Positions 38,286-52,349 of a stretch of DNA of 64,000 bases are shown here, in pieces (the stretch's first letter is position 1; each line of letters opens with the position of its first letter). The position numbers were made by a program, and so were the translations under genes. Under the pieces are notes generated by a model, which was given only the letters and a program-made list of their open reading frames with translations, did no database searches and was not told the origin of the DNA. Source of the stretch: Chiloscyllium plagiosum (taxonomy: Eukaryota); assembly GCF_004010195.1 (NCBI RefSeq), contig NC_057718.1:67420588-67484587 (forward strand). The letters are read 5' to 3'.

Positions 38286-39865
38286 CATCCCTGGTCACCC
38301 TGCAGCCATGTTTCTGTGATCCAGACTATATCATGCCAGTTTTAAGCTATTTGCACGATTAATTCATCCATGTTATTGCAAATGCTCCACCCACTAATGC
38401 ACAAAGGCAAAGCACAAAAACCTGTCTTTTTAGCCTTATTTTTGTTCTAGTCCTCATTATTTTTCACTGTGGCCCTGTTTGATCCTGACCCTTGATTTCC
38501 TAACCTATCACTTTTTTTATTCTCCTTTCAATCTTTTGTTCAGAAAAAACTCATTGCATTGAAGGTAGAGCATGTGAGCTCTAGAGGTCAGCAATGTTCA
38601 CCATAGCAAGTGTATCCCAGATTTACCTTTCTCACAACACTGTGGCTTTACATGAATGAAAGCTATAGTGTACAGGGTACAGTCATTTTATCATTATCCA
38701 TTTTAGAATCATGGACGTCTATAACACAGAAAGGACATTGATTCTACATCAGTCAAAAACAAGCACCTAACTATTTTAATCCCATTTTCAAGGATTTGGT
38801 CCAGAGCCTTGTATGCCTTGACATTGCAAATGTACATCAAAATATTTCTTAAATGGATGAGGGCTTCTGTCTTTACCATTCTTACAGGTAGTTAATTCCA
38901 GTTTCCCATCACCCTCTAGATGAAAAAGAAGTCCTCATATCTCCTCTAAACCTCCTGCTCCTTATTTTAAATCTATATTCCTTGGTTACTGGCTCTCCAA
39001 TACGAAGGTTAGATTGACTGACTTGTAGTTTCCTGGCTTATCCCTTCTTGAATAATGGCACTGCTCTGGCTATCTTCTAGTCCTCTGGCACCTCTGTTGA
39101 GGCCAGAGATGCATTGAAAGTTATTGCCAGTGTCCCTAGTATTTCCTCACTTGCCTCACTCAACAGTGCGGGACACATGTTGTTCAGCCCTGGAGGTATA
39201 TTTACTTTTAAGCCTGCCAAACCACTCAGAATCTCTCTCTACCTATGTTAATTTCTTCAGTTACAACATAGTCCTTCTTCCCGATTGCTATACCCATATT
39301 GTACCTCTCACTAGTGAACAACAAATCAAAGTATTCATTCAGAACCCTATCTATATCCTCTGACTCCAAACATAATTTACCACTGTGGTCCTCAGTGGGC
39401 CTTGCTCTTTCCCTTGTTATCCTTTTGTCTTTAATGCACTTATAAACTAACTTAGGATTTTCCTTTATTTTGCCTGCCACTATCCTTTAATGCACCCTTT
39501 TTGCTTCCCTTATTTCTTTTCTAAGTTTTCTCTTTACACGTTCTGTACAGCCAAGAGCTTCTCCTGTTCTGATACCTTGGTATCAGTCATAAGTATCCTC
39601 TTTTCCTTTTTATCAATATGCCTCATATATGCCTCAATGTCCAGGTTCCTGGATTTATTGGTCCCGCCCTTTACTTTTATTGGAATATGTTAGCCCTGTA
39701 CTCTCTCTATTTACTACTTAATACATCTCACTGCTCTGGCTCAGATTTACCTAAAAGTATCTGCTCCTCTGCTCCTTCTAAACATTTCACACCATGACTA
39801 TCCTAGTTCATGTCGGGGAAGTTGAAAGCCCCACTATCACTACCCTATTACTTTTATGCTTCTCT

Positions 39866-40634
39866 TGTTACAAAGTCAGGAGCCTTTTCTGAGCTGAGAG
39901 ATTGTGACAGCATGTGTCTGTGACTGGCTGACAGGAGCAGAAAATGCTGAGAATTGTTAATATGTAACAATCAGCTTAGGGTTGTGTTTTGATATTAAGG
40001 CAACTAGATTTGAATTTCAGTAATTAATTTAAATTATGTCCAGGATACCAAAAACCAATTGAATTTAAATTTGATTGTATTGACCATTGAGACCAATCAG
40101 GTCAATAAGAGGTTACGAGTCTTGGGCATGTAAAAAGCAAGAGCATTTTCAAAATTATTCAGACCTAATTGCCATCTGAAGAAATAAACATCTCTCCTCT
40201 CTCAAAGAAATCTCTCAGAAGGCATCATCTATTAAAGGTACCCAAGAAATTTTATACAAAGACACTCGCAGTAAAAATGAGAAATCATAGAAGATGGCCC
40301 AGGGAGAAAACAGCAGGTTCAGAAGGATGGAAGGAAGACCATATATGAGCCTGGATGAACTTTGAGAGATTTAATGTTTAACAATTGCAGCATTTTAATA
40401 GAGTTGGGCTAGACCGTGATTAGATAAGAAAAAGGGGCTGGGGTTTGTTGATAGTTTTTTGTTTAGTGGTCACTATTGCAGTTAGGAAAATAAATTGTTA
40501 TTTTGTTCTATAAATAGTGGCAATCGGGGTTTTCTTTCACTCACTGATACGTTTAACAGATTATAGGGTAAGGTGAGCTATTCTGGGTGATTTAGTTTTA
40601 GGTAGCACAGGGGTTCACCCTCCATGGCTTAACA
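39866..40634 (+). mobile_element. Solo LTR (Gypsy-type)
   Basis: TGTTA...TAACA termini; 4 bp TSD ctct; ttaacagatta..gaggt/aaggtgagct motif shared with the Gypsy LTRs. Confidence 0.85.
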
Positions 40635-40776
40635 CTCTGAAAGTTGCCGACAGATCTGCACTTCTATTTCTCTCGGACTGTTGCAGGGCCTATGATACAT
40701 TCCCAGCAATGTGATTGTCCATTTTTAGTTTTATGATCTACCGATAAGGCTTAATTTGAGGAACCTTCGAAGATGC

Positions 40777-41849
40777 CATAGAGTCATAGAGATGGACAAC
40801 ATGGAAACAAACTCTTTGGTCCAACTCGTCCATGCTGACCAGATATCCAAACCCAATCTAGTCCCACCTGCCAGCACCCAGCCCATATCCCTCCAAACCC
40901 TTCCTATTCATACACCCATCCAAATGCCTCCTAAATGTTGCATTTGTACCAGCCTCCACCACTTCTTCTGGCAGCTCATTCCATACACATACCACCCTCT
41001 GTGTGAAAAAGTTGCCCCGTAGGTCTCTTTTATATCTTTTCCCTCTCACCCTAAATCTATGCCCTCTAGTTCTGGACTCCCCTACCCTAGAGAAAAGACT
41101 TTACCCGATCCATGCCCTTCATAATTTTGTTAACCTCTATAAGATCATCCCTCAGCCTCCGATGCTCCAGGGAAAACAGCCCCAACCTGTTCAGCCTCTC
41201 CTATAGCTAAAATCCTCCAACTCTGGCAACATCCTTGTAAATCTTTTCTGAACCCTTTCAAGTTTCACAACATCTTTCCGGTAGGAAGGAGACCAGAATT
41301 GCACGCAATATTCCAACAGTTGCCTTACCAATGTCCTGTTCAGCTGCAACATGACCTCCCAACTCCTATACTCAATACTCTGACCAATAAAGGAAAGCAT
41401 ATCAAACGCCTTCTTCACTATCCTCTTTACCTGCGACTCCACTTTCAAGGAGCTATGAACCTGCACTCCAAGGTCTCTTTGTTCAGCAACACTCCCTAGG
41501 ACCTTACCATTAAGTGTATAAGTCCTGCTAAGATTTGCTTTCCCAAAATGCAGCACCTCACATTTATCTGAATTAAACTCCATCTGCCACTTCTCAGCCC
41601 ATTGGCCCATCTGGTCAAGATCCTGTTGTAATCTGAGGTAACCTTCTTCGCTGTCCACTACACCTCCAATTTTGGTGTCATCTGCAAACTTACTAACTGT
41701 ACCACTTATGTTCGCATCCAAATCATTTATGTAAATAACAAAAAGTGGAGGACGCAGCACCGACCCTTGTGGCACGCCACTTGTCACAGGCCTCCAGTCT
41801 GAAAAACAACTCTCCACCACCACCCTCTGTCTTCTGCCTTTGAGCCAGG
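40777..41849 (-). mobile_element. HER1/CR1 LINE, 5'-truncated
   Basis: 222 aa RT ORF (SGVPQGS..FADDTK); catagagt tail. Confidence 0.95.
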
Positions 41850-44061
41850 TTCTCATCATTCCTTAATGTTCTAATAGATTGCCTGATCAAAATCATGACA
41901 CTACCTCCTCTTTTACCTCCTTCCCCATTTCACCTGAAGACCATGTATCCTGGAGTATTGACCTGTTAATCCTGACCCTCTGTCAACCATGTCTCAATGA
42001 CAACCATATCATCATATCCCATGTTTTAATTTGAACCCTCAACTATCTGCCTTGTTCATCAGACTTCTTGCATTAAAATAAATACCATTCAACCTTGGCA
42101 AATTCCCTTGTTCCTTAAATTACCTGTGATTTCTATGCCTTTTTTATTCACTTGCTGTCTCATTTAATTTTGTTTACCTCTGCCTGCTGAATCTTCTCTC
42201 AAGGATGCTAATTAATTCATGGTAAATAACTCCGTGTGTGTAACAGTTAAAAGTAACTATATTATTTTATCTGTGGATTATTTTACAAACATAATCATCT
42301 TTTATCTTCACTCAACAGAATTGGCTTCTCTGGAACAAAATGATTTAGAGTCTCTTGCTCAAAATTAAAACTGATGGTTATACTTGGGACAACGTAATTG
42401 GGAGTTGATAGGAAGAAATCGAAAAGCAGCAACACAATCTCAGGCATAGATAACATCTATTAAGTACTTAAACTTCACAAATGGTTTAAAACAGCAACGA
42501 TTGTGTTACTGCCTTGTAACTCTCTATTATCACTTCCTACACACTGCACAGTGCGTGCACTAACAATAAAGGTTACAGTTTAAACATGATTAGGGTTTGG
42601 ACAAATGTTTAAGAGGGTGCATGGGAGTGCAAATACGTGTTCATCATAGTTCTTGTGTTTAGAATGAATAATTTCAGTTAACTCCATAGTTAAAGGCAGT
42701 GTTCGCTGCTTGACTGAGCAGGAAACTCTGGGGCTCAACCCTTGGCCTTTTATGAAATAGTTGATGCTGCAGTGATGCGAATGATAACAGACCTTTATCT
42801 CCCTATTTTGTGGAGAACAAACATCAGAGAGAGTTCTGACCCAGCTTGCAAGGTATATTTCTCCTGGAAAGAGTGAGTATGCCAATGACAAATATTCTCA
42901 GGTTAAACGTTAAGCCTCACATAGTTGAATAAGTTACCGATACTTACCACCCAAAGGTCACCCTTGGTTGAGGTAAAGGAAGGCTGCCAATGGCTAAGTA
43001 ATAATATTTACTAGAAATCATCACCTTTACAGGAGAAGATGCCAAAACAGAAAGGAAAATGTTATTGCAACTTTCACTGGAATTCATCAAATTCTTCAAT
43101 CCTCCCCTAGGATTCTAAAGCTCTAAAACATTTGCTGGATACTGAACTACAGATACTAATCTGACCAGTAAATCTGACAATGAACAATGGTTGTTTTCAT
43201 TTTACCATTTTATCTTTTAATCTATTTTAACTTTTATCAAGGTAGCCAAGAGGCAAACAATGGAAGCAAACCAGATTATAATTACAATATTTTTCAATAC
43301 TTACATAAATAAGGCTTATGGATGGCTTAAAGTTAAACTATTATTTCCTTTATTGCAACATATGCACAATTATCGCACAATGTCTTAGAAATAATGCACA
43401 GTATTTTATAACCTTTTAAACAAAATGAATTCATCATAAAGCTTGAACCCTCACTCTATTGCAGATATGAGGAACAGTAGACACTGAGCCCCTGTACACT
43501 TCAATTTTATTTATCTACCTTTGCTCCATATGCCTCAATACTATGAGACAACAAAAAACCATCAATCTAAATTCTGAAAGTTCCAGTTACCTCTGAACCC
43601 AGACCTTGTTGGAGAGACAATTCCATATTTCCATTATCCTCTTTGCAAGAAATGTTTTATGATTTTGCCTTACAATGGGCTCACTCTAATTTTTAAATTT
43701 GATTCCCCACTGTTATGAAATTGAAGGCATGTACTGTACCTTTAAGAGAGAGTGAATGCAGGCACCTGTCATGTGACTGACTAGCCATCTCAGAGTGTAC
43801 TGGAAAATTGAAAAAATGTAACATTTGGCTGTGAAACAAATATCTGAGTTTGATTGTTATGTTTTCACAACACAACAATTCGAACAACAGTTCAAATTTA
43901 GCCAATCAGTTTAAATTATGTCCCAAGATAGTAAAACCCAACCAAATTTGACTGTAATGTTTTGACAACATTGAACCAATGAGACGATCCGATATTTGGG
44001 GTATAAAAGAAGCCATCATTTTGGAGACTTAGCCATAGAGAGAGCAACAACCTGCCATCGA

Positions 44062-44102
44062 GACAGAGAGAGAGACAGAGAGAGAGACAGAGAGAGAGAG
44101 AG

Positions 44103-44145
<43 letters not shown>
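44062..44145. repeat. (GA)n microsatellite in the 5' LTR; shorter counterpart at 49826-49852 in the 3' LTR
   Basis: Directly visible. Confidence 0.95.
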
Positions 44146-44147
<2 letters not shown>

Positions 44148-44759
44148 CATAACACTCTCTATCAAAGCTACTTGTTTCACATGGAACATCTTTGCACCAA
44201 AAGACCGAAGATGATCCAGGGAAATCTACAGCCAGAGGAAAACAGATGCCAACAACGACACCCGCTGTCTGATTTTGAAAATTAAGTTGATGTAATTTTA
44301 ATAGGGACTTTTACTGGATCAGTATATTGTAATAGAGTTGGAAGTAGATAAAAAACCTTTAAGAGAAAGGAGTCTTAGAGTTGTAAATATATTGGAAATT
44401 GTTTAATGTTCACTTTTAGACTAAAATTGATATTTTCCTTTAAATATTGGAATTTTGGGAGTTCTCTGTCATTCGTGCTTTAACAGATTACGGGATGAGG
44501 TGAGCTTCTCTGTGCATTTGGTTTACTTTGCAGAAGGGTCCACCGCCGGGTTGTAAGAGTTTTAGAGGCTCAGGTCTGTGATTTGGACAAGTTTAGAGAG
44601 ATCCAGTCTGAGATTGGGACAGATTTGAACAGATTTGGGGTGTGAAAGATCCCAGCAGATTTAAACACATGTTGATTAGTGTCCTCGATCTTTAAATAAA
44701 ACGTAGGTGCATCAATTTGTTTAATTTTGGTTATTTATGGTTGGTTAAATTACAAGTGA

Positions 44760-45960
44760 GAGAGTTGGCTCTTAAGATTGCTAAAGTGATTTTGGGGTTT
44801 GAAGATGATTCCTAAAACTTTCTAGAAAGTTTAGAAGGAAAGAAGAAGACCATACTTTTAGAATTAGCAAAGAGGTTAGATTTGGGTTTAACCAAGGACA
44901 AAAGAAAAGCTGAAATTGGACGGGAATTGTTCAAGCACTGAGGGATGTCAGAGAAACAGACAAGTGCAGCAGAGTTGGAAAAACTTAAATTACAATTGAG
45001 GAAAATGGTGTTGGAAGATAAACAAAAAGAGAGAGAGGAAAGAGAAATGGAGAGAGAAAGAGAGAGGAAAAAGAAAGGGAGAGAAGGTTCTCAGCTGAGC
45101 AAAGAAAGCGAGAAGAGAGAGAGAGACAAGAGAAAGAAAGAGAGAAAAGAAAGAGAAAGGGAGAGAACTTGAACTTCAGGCATTGTGAATTAGTCAGGAA
45201 GGTCAAGTTAACAGGATGGCGATGAAGATAGAAGGTAGTGGTATATACAAATATGTTAAAACACTGACACGTTTTGATGAGAAAAATGTTGAAGCCTTCT
45301 TTATTTCATTTGAAAAATTGGCAAGGCAGATGGAGTGGTCAGAGGACTTGTGGGTAATGCTAGTTCAGACTAAGCTGGTAGGCAAGGCTCATGAGATATT
45401 TGCAGCGATGTCAGATGAGGGGTTAAGAGATTATGAAGATGTCAAACAGGCTATTTTCAGTGCATGTGATTTGGTACTAGATGCATATACACCACAGTTC
45501 AGAAACTAAAGTAGGATCCAGGCCAGACTTGTGTTGAGTTCGAAAGAAATAAACAAGTAATTTTGATAGATGGGTGTGGGCCTTAAAAATAGATAAGACC
45601 TATGATGCTCTAAGAGAGATTATTCTGCTGGAGGAGTTTAAAAACTCACTTCCAGAAATGATACAAATTCATGTGGATGAACGGAAAATTCAAGAAGTGA
45701 GAAGAGCAGCAGAAATGCAGATGATTATACATTAATGCGTAAGGCAAAGTTTAGCATCCAGCAAGAATTTCAACTTGTCAGGGATAGAAATTGGGAGAAG
45801 GGGAGATCCTACACTGCAAAACAAACAGTAGAGAATACTGGTAATTGTTTACCACAGGTTAAAAAAGAAGCCCAAGAGGGTAGAAAGGAGATGAAAGGCC
45901 TCAGGTGTTTCACTGTGGTAGAATGCGGCACGTAAAGTTACAGTGCTGGTCATTAAAGAA
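44760..45960 (+). pseudogene. gag: Gypsy gag
   Basis: Coiled-coil E/R/K tract; RFDEKNVEAFFISFEKLARQMEW; CCHC knuckle CFHCGRMRHVKLQC (~45906-45947). Confidence 0.85.
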
Positions 45961-46139
45961 AGGGACTGTGGGAAAAGATGTGGTAAAGGAAGCTAACCCA
46001 GTAGTGTCAGTGAAACTGGTATAGGAAACTCCAAGAAACATCAAGGAGCTGCAGGAGAGTGCACAGCCTAGGTTAGGGGCTGGATATGGAGTTAGTGCCT
46101 GATCTCTATAAAGTAAAGTTTACTCAGAAAGAACAGTGG

Positions 46140-49100
46140 GAGAAGGGAAAGAAGTCATAATTTTGAGAGATATGGGATCTAACCAGTATCTAATAGTAAG
46201 GGATGAACGTATTTGCACTCTATCCAACCTGTTACTCACATGAGTGGAAATGTGTGGGATAGATGGAGAGAAAATTAGCATTCCCCTATATAAGATCAGG
46301 TTGGAGTACCAACTCAAGACTGGGCAAGTAACAGTGGGAGTGATTGACAGAGTGTCAGTTCCAGGAATACAGTTTGTTCTTGGGAACGATGTGGCAGAAT
46401 CCAAGGTGGGAGTGACACCCCTTCTTTGTGGAGAAACCCAAAAAAGACCAAGAAACTGAAAGGTTAAAACAAAAATATCCTGGTATTTTCCCAGACTGTG
46501 TAGTAACAAGATCTCACTATCATAAATCACAGCACAAAGCAAAAATTAAAGAGAAAGAAGAAGGAGTTGAGGTTCAGGAAGCAGATACCCTGTTTGATGT
46601 AATGGTGCAGGAAAAATCTGAACTGACAGAGGGTCAGACAGTAGTGTTTAGTCCTGAAAGGCTAATGGACTTACAGCAGAAAGACAAGGCAATAAAAGAT
46701 AGAGATGTGGATGCATACTCAGAAAAGGAGGCAGAGTATATTATTGAGGGTTATTATCTGAAAGATAGAATCCCAATCAAAAAATGGAGACCACGACAGG
46801 TTAGTACAGGGGACAAATAGGCAGACGTGTACCAGATTGTGTTGCCAGTAGCATATAGACAGGAAGTGTTATTGGTAGTATATGAATTACCAGTAGGACA
46901 TCACCCAGGTGCACGGAAGACTCAGACTAAGGTACAAAAGCATTTGTATTGGCCTGGAATGCACAAGGGTGTGGTTAATTTTTGCCGTACATGTTATCAT
47001 GCCAAATGGGAGGTAAAAGTGAAGACTGTAGATGCTGGATATCAGAGTTGAGACTGTTGTACTGGAAAAGCATACCAGTTCAGGCAGCATCCAAGGAGCA
47101 GGAGAATTGTCGTTTCGAGAATAAGCTCTTCATCAGGTAGGTAAGCCGCAAGCAGTAATAAAACCAGCACCTTTGTTGCCAATTCCTGCTTTCAAAGAAT
47201 CTTTCACACAGGTTATGATTGATTGTGTAGGTCCCCTCCTGAGAACTAGAAGGGAACCAGTCCTTGTGAACTATAATGGATGTGTCTATCGGATTTCCAG
47301 AGGCAGTTTCATTATGGAGTATTAAGGCAAAAAGGGTTGCAGAGGACTTAGTAGCTTTCTTCACGTGGTGTGATCCACCCAGAGAGATTCAGACCAAAGT
47401 TCTAATTTTACTGCCAGGCTGTTTCAGGAAGTCATGGAAGTTAGGTATACAGCACTTTAAATCAAGTGAGTATCATCCTGAATCACAGGGAGCTTTGGAA
47501 AGGAGGCATCAGACCCTGAAGACCATGCTAAGAGCGTAGTGTCAGGATTACCCGAATGATTGGGATAAAGGTATCCAATTCATATTGTTTTCCATCAGAG
47601 ATGAACCAAATGAATCGATTCAGTTTGCTCCCTTTGAGTTAATAATCGGACATGAAGTGAGAGGCCCTTTGAAATTAATTAAAGAGAAATTGACAGGACC
47701 GAAGTTGGAGATCTCACATTTGGATTATATATTGGAGGTGAGGGAGAGATTAAATGGGTTAGGTGAGTTAGCTAAACAGCACCTGAAGAGAACAGAGCAT
47801 AGAGTGAAGCAGGTGTCAGATAAAAACACTAAAATTCAGATATTTTCCCATGGGGATGATGTATTCATATTGTTACCAGTGAGAGGAGATCCCTTCAAAG
47901 CTAGGTTTCCTATCAAATTGAGAAAACGTTGAGTCAGGGAAACTATCTGGTAAAGATGCTGGATAGAAACAAAAACTGTATCGGGTATGTCATGTGAATA
48001 TGTTGAAACCTTACTGTAATCAGGAAACTGGAGAATCAGGCATTAGTTACTGCCCCGCAGAGTGAGGAATCCAATCCAGGTGTTGTGGAGTTTGATGTGC
48101 CTCAAAATATGTTAATGAGGAAGTCCTTGAGGAGTGGGATCAGTTTTAAACTATCTGTCACAGGATCAAAGAACACAGTTGAAAGGTTTATTGCAGCAGC
48201 ATAATGACATATACAGGAATAAGTTGGGGAGCACTAATACTATTGTGCATTAGTTAAAAGTAGGGAATACTGTTCTGATAAAACAGCACCCCTACAGACT
48301 TAATCCTTTCACAGCCAGACAGGTACAGAAGGAAGTAGATGCAATGCTCAACGAAGATATCATTGAACTGAGTCAGAGGGAGTGGAGCCTGCCAATCGTC
48401 TTAGTTCGCAAATCTGGCAGGAGTCAACAATTTTTTGTGGACTATCGGAAGGTCAACACCATAACAAAATTGGACTCATACCAAATACCGAGATTGGAGG
48501 ACAGTATAGAGAAAGTCAGACAAGCCACTTACATCGTGAAGTTGGACTTACTGCGTGGCTATTCGCAGGTGCCTTTATCAGAGAAAGCAAAAGAAGTTTC
48601 TGCATTTGTAATTCCAAATGGTCTGTATCAATTCAAAGTGATGCCATTTGGAATGAAGAACACACCAGCCACATTCCAAAGACTCACGAACTCAAAACTC
48701 ATAAACCCGGTCATGGAAAGTTGACTACAAGGAACACAAAGACGAAGGCCATCGAGGAATTTCCATGACCAACCTCGAAGAAAGAGGTGCTTCAATTTTT
48801 GGGACTATAAGATTCTACCGGTTCCAAACTTCAGCAGAGTAGTGGCACCACTAACTGGTTTCTTGAAGAAGAGCACAAAATTTCGGTGGACAGGACAATG
48901 CCAGGAGGCATTTGACAATTTAAAAGCAATATTAACCCCCGCACCAGTTTTAGCTATACCAAACTTTTTAAAACCCTTCAAAGTTGCAATCGATGCTATG
49001 GACATAGGAGGTGGAACTGTACTGCTACAGGAAGGTGATGATGGAATTGAATGACCAGAGGTTACTTTTCAAAGAAACTCAACGCCCACCAGAGAAAATA

Positions 49101-49335
49101 CTCTACCATTGAAAAGGAATTATTGAGTTTGGTACTGAATTTGCAACATTTTAATGAACAATGTATCAGAGACAGTTGTGTACACAGATCACAATCCTCT
49201 TACATTCTTGAAATGATTTAAGGACAAGAATATGAGACTATTTCATTGGAGTTTATGTTACAGATTTTTAATTTACAAATTGTATACATTGCAGGTCGTA
49301 AGAATGTAATAGCAAATGCATTGTTGCAGATTTAA
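46140..49335 (+). pseudogene. pol: Gypsy pol: protease, integrase (46830-48010), RT (48290-48900), RNase H (48970-49335)
   Basis: ILRDMGS protease site; HLYWPGM..FCRTC; IDCVGPL; YHPESQGALER; VDYRKVN..MPFGMKNTPATFQR; FKVAIDAMDIG. Confidence 0.9.
47017..47138 (-). mobile_element. Penelope-like terminal fragment inserted in the Gypsy integrase
   Basis: Family A-like sequence; short TSD aggtaa. Confidence 0.8.
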
Positions 49336-50439
49336 TGGGTAAAGTATAGATAAGATTGAACAGACACCACAGTTATACATATATGCATGCAGAAATTAGT
49401 ATGAACTTAGATTAATGTCCTATGTATTTCATTGTAATGGGGTTAAGAAAAAAAACATCTTTTCATTATGATGGCTCATTTTTTCTGAAGTGGGGATGTA
49501 CTACAAAGTTGAAGGCATGTACTGTACCTTTAAGAGAGAGTGAATGCTGGCATCTGACATGTGACTGACTAGCAATCTCAAAGTTTACTGGAAAATTGAA
49601 AGTATGTAACATTTGGCTGTGAAGCAAATACTTGAGTTTCATTGCAATGTTTTCACAACAGTTTGAATTTAACCAATCAGTTTAAATAATGCCCCAAGAT
49701 AATAAACCCAACCAAATTTGACTTTAATGCTTTGACATCGAACCAATGCGATGATCCGATGTTTGGGGTATAACAGAAGCTGGCATTTTGGAAAGTTAAC
49801 CAGAGAGAGTGACAACCTGCCATCTAGAGAGAGAGAGAGAGAGAGAGAGAGACTGCCATTCAAAACACTCTCTATCAAAGATACCTTTCTCACATGGAAT
49901 ATCTTTGCAGCAAAAGACCAAAGATGACCCAGGGAGATCTACAGCCAGAGGAAAACAGATGCCAATAACGACAGCCACTGTCTGGTTTTGAAAATTAAGT
50001 TGATGTAATTTTAATAGGAGCTTTTATATCAGTATATTGTTATCGAGTTGGAGGTAGATAACAGACCTTTAAAAGAAAGGATGCTTAGAGTTGTAAATAG
50101 TTGTTGTTTAATGTTCACTTTTAGAGTTAAAGAATAAAATTGATATTTTCCTTTAAATAGTGGAACTTGGAAAGTTTTCTGTCACTCATACTTTAACAGA
50201 TTACGAGGCGAGGTGAGCTTTTCTGAATGTTTGGTTTAATTTGCAGAAGGGTCCACCGCTGTGTCGTAACACTACTAAAGGAAATAAATCCTCCATATCT
50301 ACCCTATATCATCCTCTTATGATTTTAAACATCTGGACCACATCATCTGGATCATATTTGGACCACATCTAATCTAGTTCATTGAAGTTGTCCTCACAAG
50401 TTAACCTTCTAGCCTTAGTATGATTTTCAAATATTAAAT

Positions 50440-51169
50440 ATTTTTCACTTGTGGGAAGTGGGCAAACTAGTTGGGCCAGCATTTTGTTGTGCATTCCTAA
50501 TGGCCCTTGAGAAAGTAGTGTTGGTCCACCTTCTAGAATTACTGTAGCCCATGTATTGTCGATAGACCCACAACACTGCTGAGGAGAGAATTCCAGGATT
50601 TTGACCCAGCAACATTGATGGAATGGCAATATATTTCAAAGTGAGGATGGGGAGTAGTTTGGAGGGGAGTTTGCAGGTAGTGGTGTTCCCCTGTATCTGC
50701 TGACCTTTTCCTTCTGGATAGAAGAGGTCATAGGTTTAGAAGATACTGTCTAAGGAGCTTTGGTGAATTTCTACAATATATTTGCAGATAGTACATACTG
50801 CTGCTCCTGGTGAAGTAACTGAGTGTTTGTGAATATGGTGACAATCAAGTGGACTGCTTTGTCCTGGATGATGTCAACTTTCTTAAGTATTGTTAGAGCG
50901 GCGCAGACGCTGTCTGTCATCATAATCCTGGACAGACTTTGGGGAGTCAGGAGGTGAGTTAGTTGCTGTAGCATTCCTAGCCTCTTGTCCTGCTCTTCTA
51001 ACGACTTTAATCATGTGATGAGTTTAGTTCAGATTCTGGTCAATAGTAAACCCAGGATGTTGATAAGTGGGGGATTCCGTAATGATAACACCATTGAATG
51101 TTCAGGGGCAGTGGTTAGATTGTCTCTTACTGGAGATGGTTAATGCCTGGCATTTGTTTGGTGTGAATG
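50440..51169 (-). mobile_element. LINE-X 3' portion
   Basis: Colinear with 1-870; ends at aatg, the TSD of the split LTR. Confidence 0.85.
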
Positions 51170-51209
51170 TGTTATGACACGGGTAAACACCCCACCGCTA
51201 ATTTAAACC
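51170..51209 (-). mobile_element. Terminal 40 bp of the solo LTR at 58684-60700, displaced by inversion
   Basis: Reverse complement ggtttaaattagc...cgtgtcataaca matches the LTR 3' ends seen elsewhere in the window. Confidence 0.8.
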
Positions 51210-52349
51210 TGTGTTGGTGTGTTGCCTCCCAGGTGCCAGGGTTCATGATGTCTCAGATCGTATCTTTGGGGTCCTGAAGGGAGAGGGTGAGCAACCTCAA
51301 GTCGTTGTCCATGTAGGTACCAACAACATATGTAGAAAGAGGGAGAGGGATGTAAGGCAGGATTTCAGGGAGCTAGGGTGGAAGCTGAGAGCTAGAACAA
51401 ACAGAGTTGTTATCTCTGATTTGTTACCCTTGTCACGTGATAGCGAGGCAAGGAATAGGGAGAGATATCAGCTGAACACGTGGCTGCTAGGATGGTACAG
51501 GAGGGAGGGTTTCAGGTTCTTGGATAATTAAGGCTCATTCTGGGGAAGGTGGGACTTGTACAAACAGGACAGTCTTCACTTGAACCAGGGGGGTACTAAT
51601 ATTCTGGGTGAGAAATTTGCTGGTGCTATTCAGGTGGGTTTAAACTAGCTCAGCAGGGGGATGGGAACTGGAGGTGTAGTTGCAGTGCACAGGAGGATGA
51701 GAGTAGGAAGGACAGGGACAGGATTTCAGGGTCACAGGAATGTGCTGGCAGACAGCGAAGTGGTTTGAAGTGTGTCAACTTCAATGCCAGAAGTATCCGG
51801 AATAAGGTAGGTGAGCTTGCAGCATGGATAGGTATCTGGGATTTTGATGTTGTGACCATTTTGGAATGTGAGAGGAATGGATGTTACAGGTTCCAGGGTT
51901 TAGAGCTTTCATTAAAAACAGGCAAGGCAGTAAAAGAGGGGGAAGCTTGGCCTTGTTAGTCAAGGATAGTATAATGGTGGCCGAGAGAACTTTTGATGAG
52001 GACTCGTCTACTGAGGTAGTGTGGGCTGAGGTTAGAAACAGGAGAGGAGAGGTCACACTGCTTGGAGTTTTTTTATAGGCCTCCGCAGAGTTCCAGGGAG
52101 GTGGAAGAGAGGATTAGCAAAATTGTTCTGGGTAGGAGTGAAAGCAACAGGGTGGTCATTATGGGAGACTTTAACTTCCCCAACATTGACTGGAAATGCT
52201 ATAACTCCAGTATGTCGGATGGATCAGTTTTTATCCAATGTGTACAGGAGGGTTTCCTGACACAGTATGTCGAAGGGCCAACAAGAGTGGAGGCCATACT
52301 GGATCTGGTGCTTGGTAATGAACCAGGCCAGGTCTTTGAGTTAGTTGAC

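Larger units (their letters stand above)
26245..38540 (-). mobile_element. Old CR1 LINE split into pieces (26245-26330, 27289-28600, 32205-32274, 36633-38540) by nested insertions
   Basis: Colinear tail, RT and APE pieces (e.g. EEFLECILNDFLDQYVQEPT at 37369-37671) that rejoin across the insertions. Confidence 0.8.
38705..42200 (-). mobile_element. Old, internally deleted CR1 interrupted by a solo LTR and a HER1
   Basis: AGKIKENPKLVYKCIKDKR..LNEYF (39226-39480); APE remnants on both sides of the insertions. Confidence 0.75.
43711..50271 (+). mobile_element. Two-LTR Gmr1-like Gypsy retrotransposon (gag-PR-IN-RT-RH), decayed
   Basis: LTRs 43711-44558 and 49499-50271; TSD c(c/t)ac; degenerate tRNA-Pro-like PBS ~44562-44582; purine tract before the 3' LTR; inserted in a CR1 3' fragment (43455-43710, 50272-50380). 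Confidence 0.92.

Noticed and set aside
42580..42891. 103 aa ORF in non-repetitive DNA
   Set aside because: No recognisable domain or supported splice sites; cannot be called a host exon.
43916..44214. ORFs rich in ER or SL repeats
   Set aside because: Translations of the (GA)n microsatellite in the LTR.
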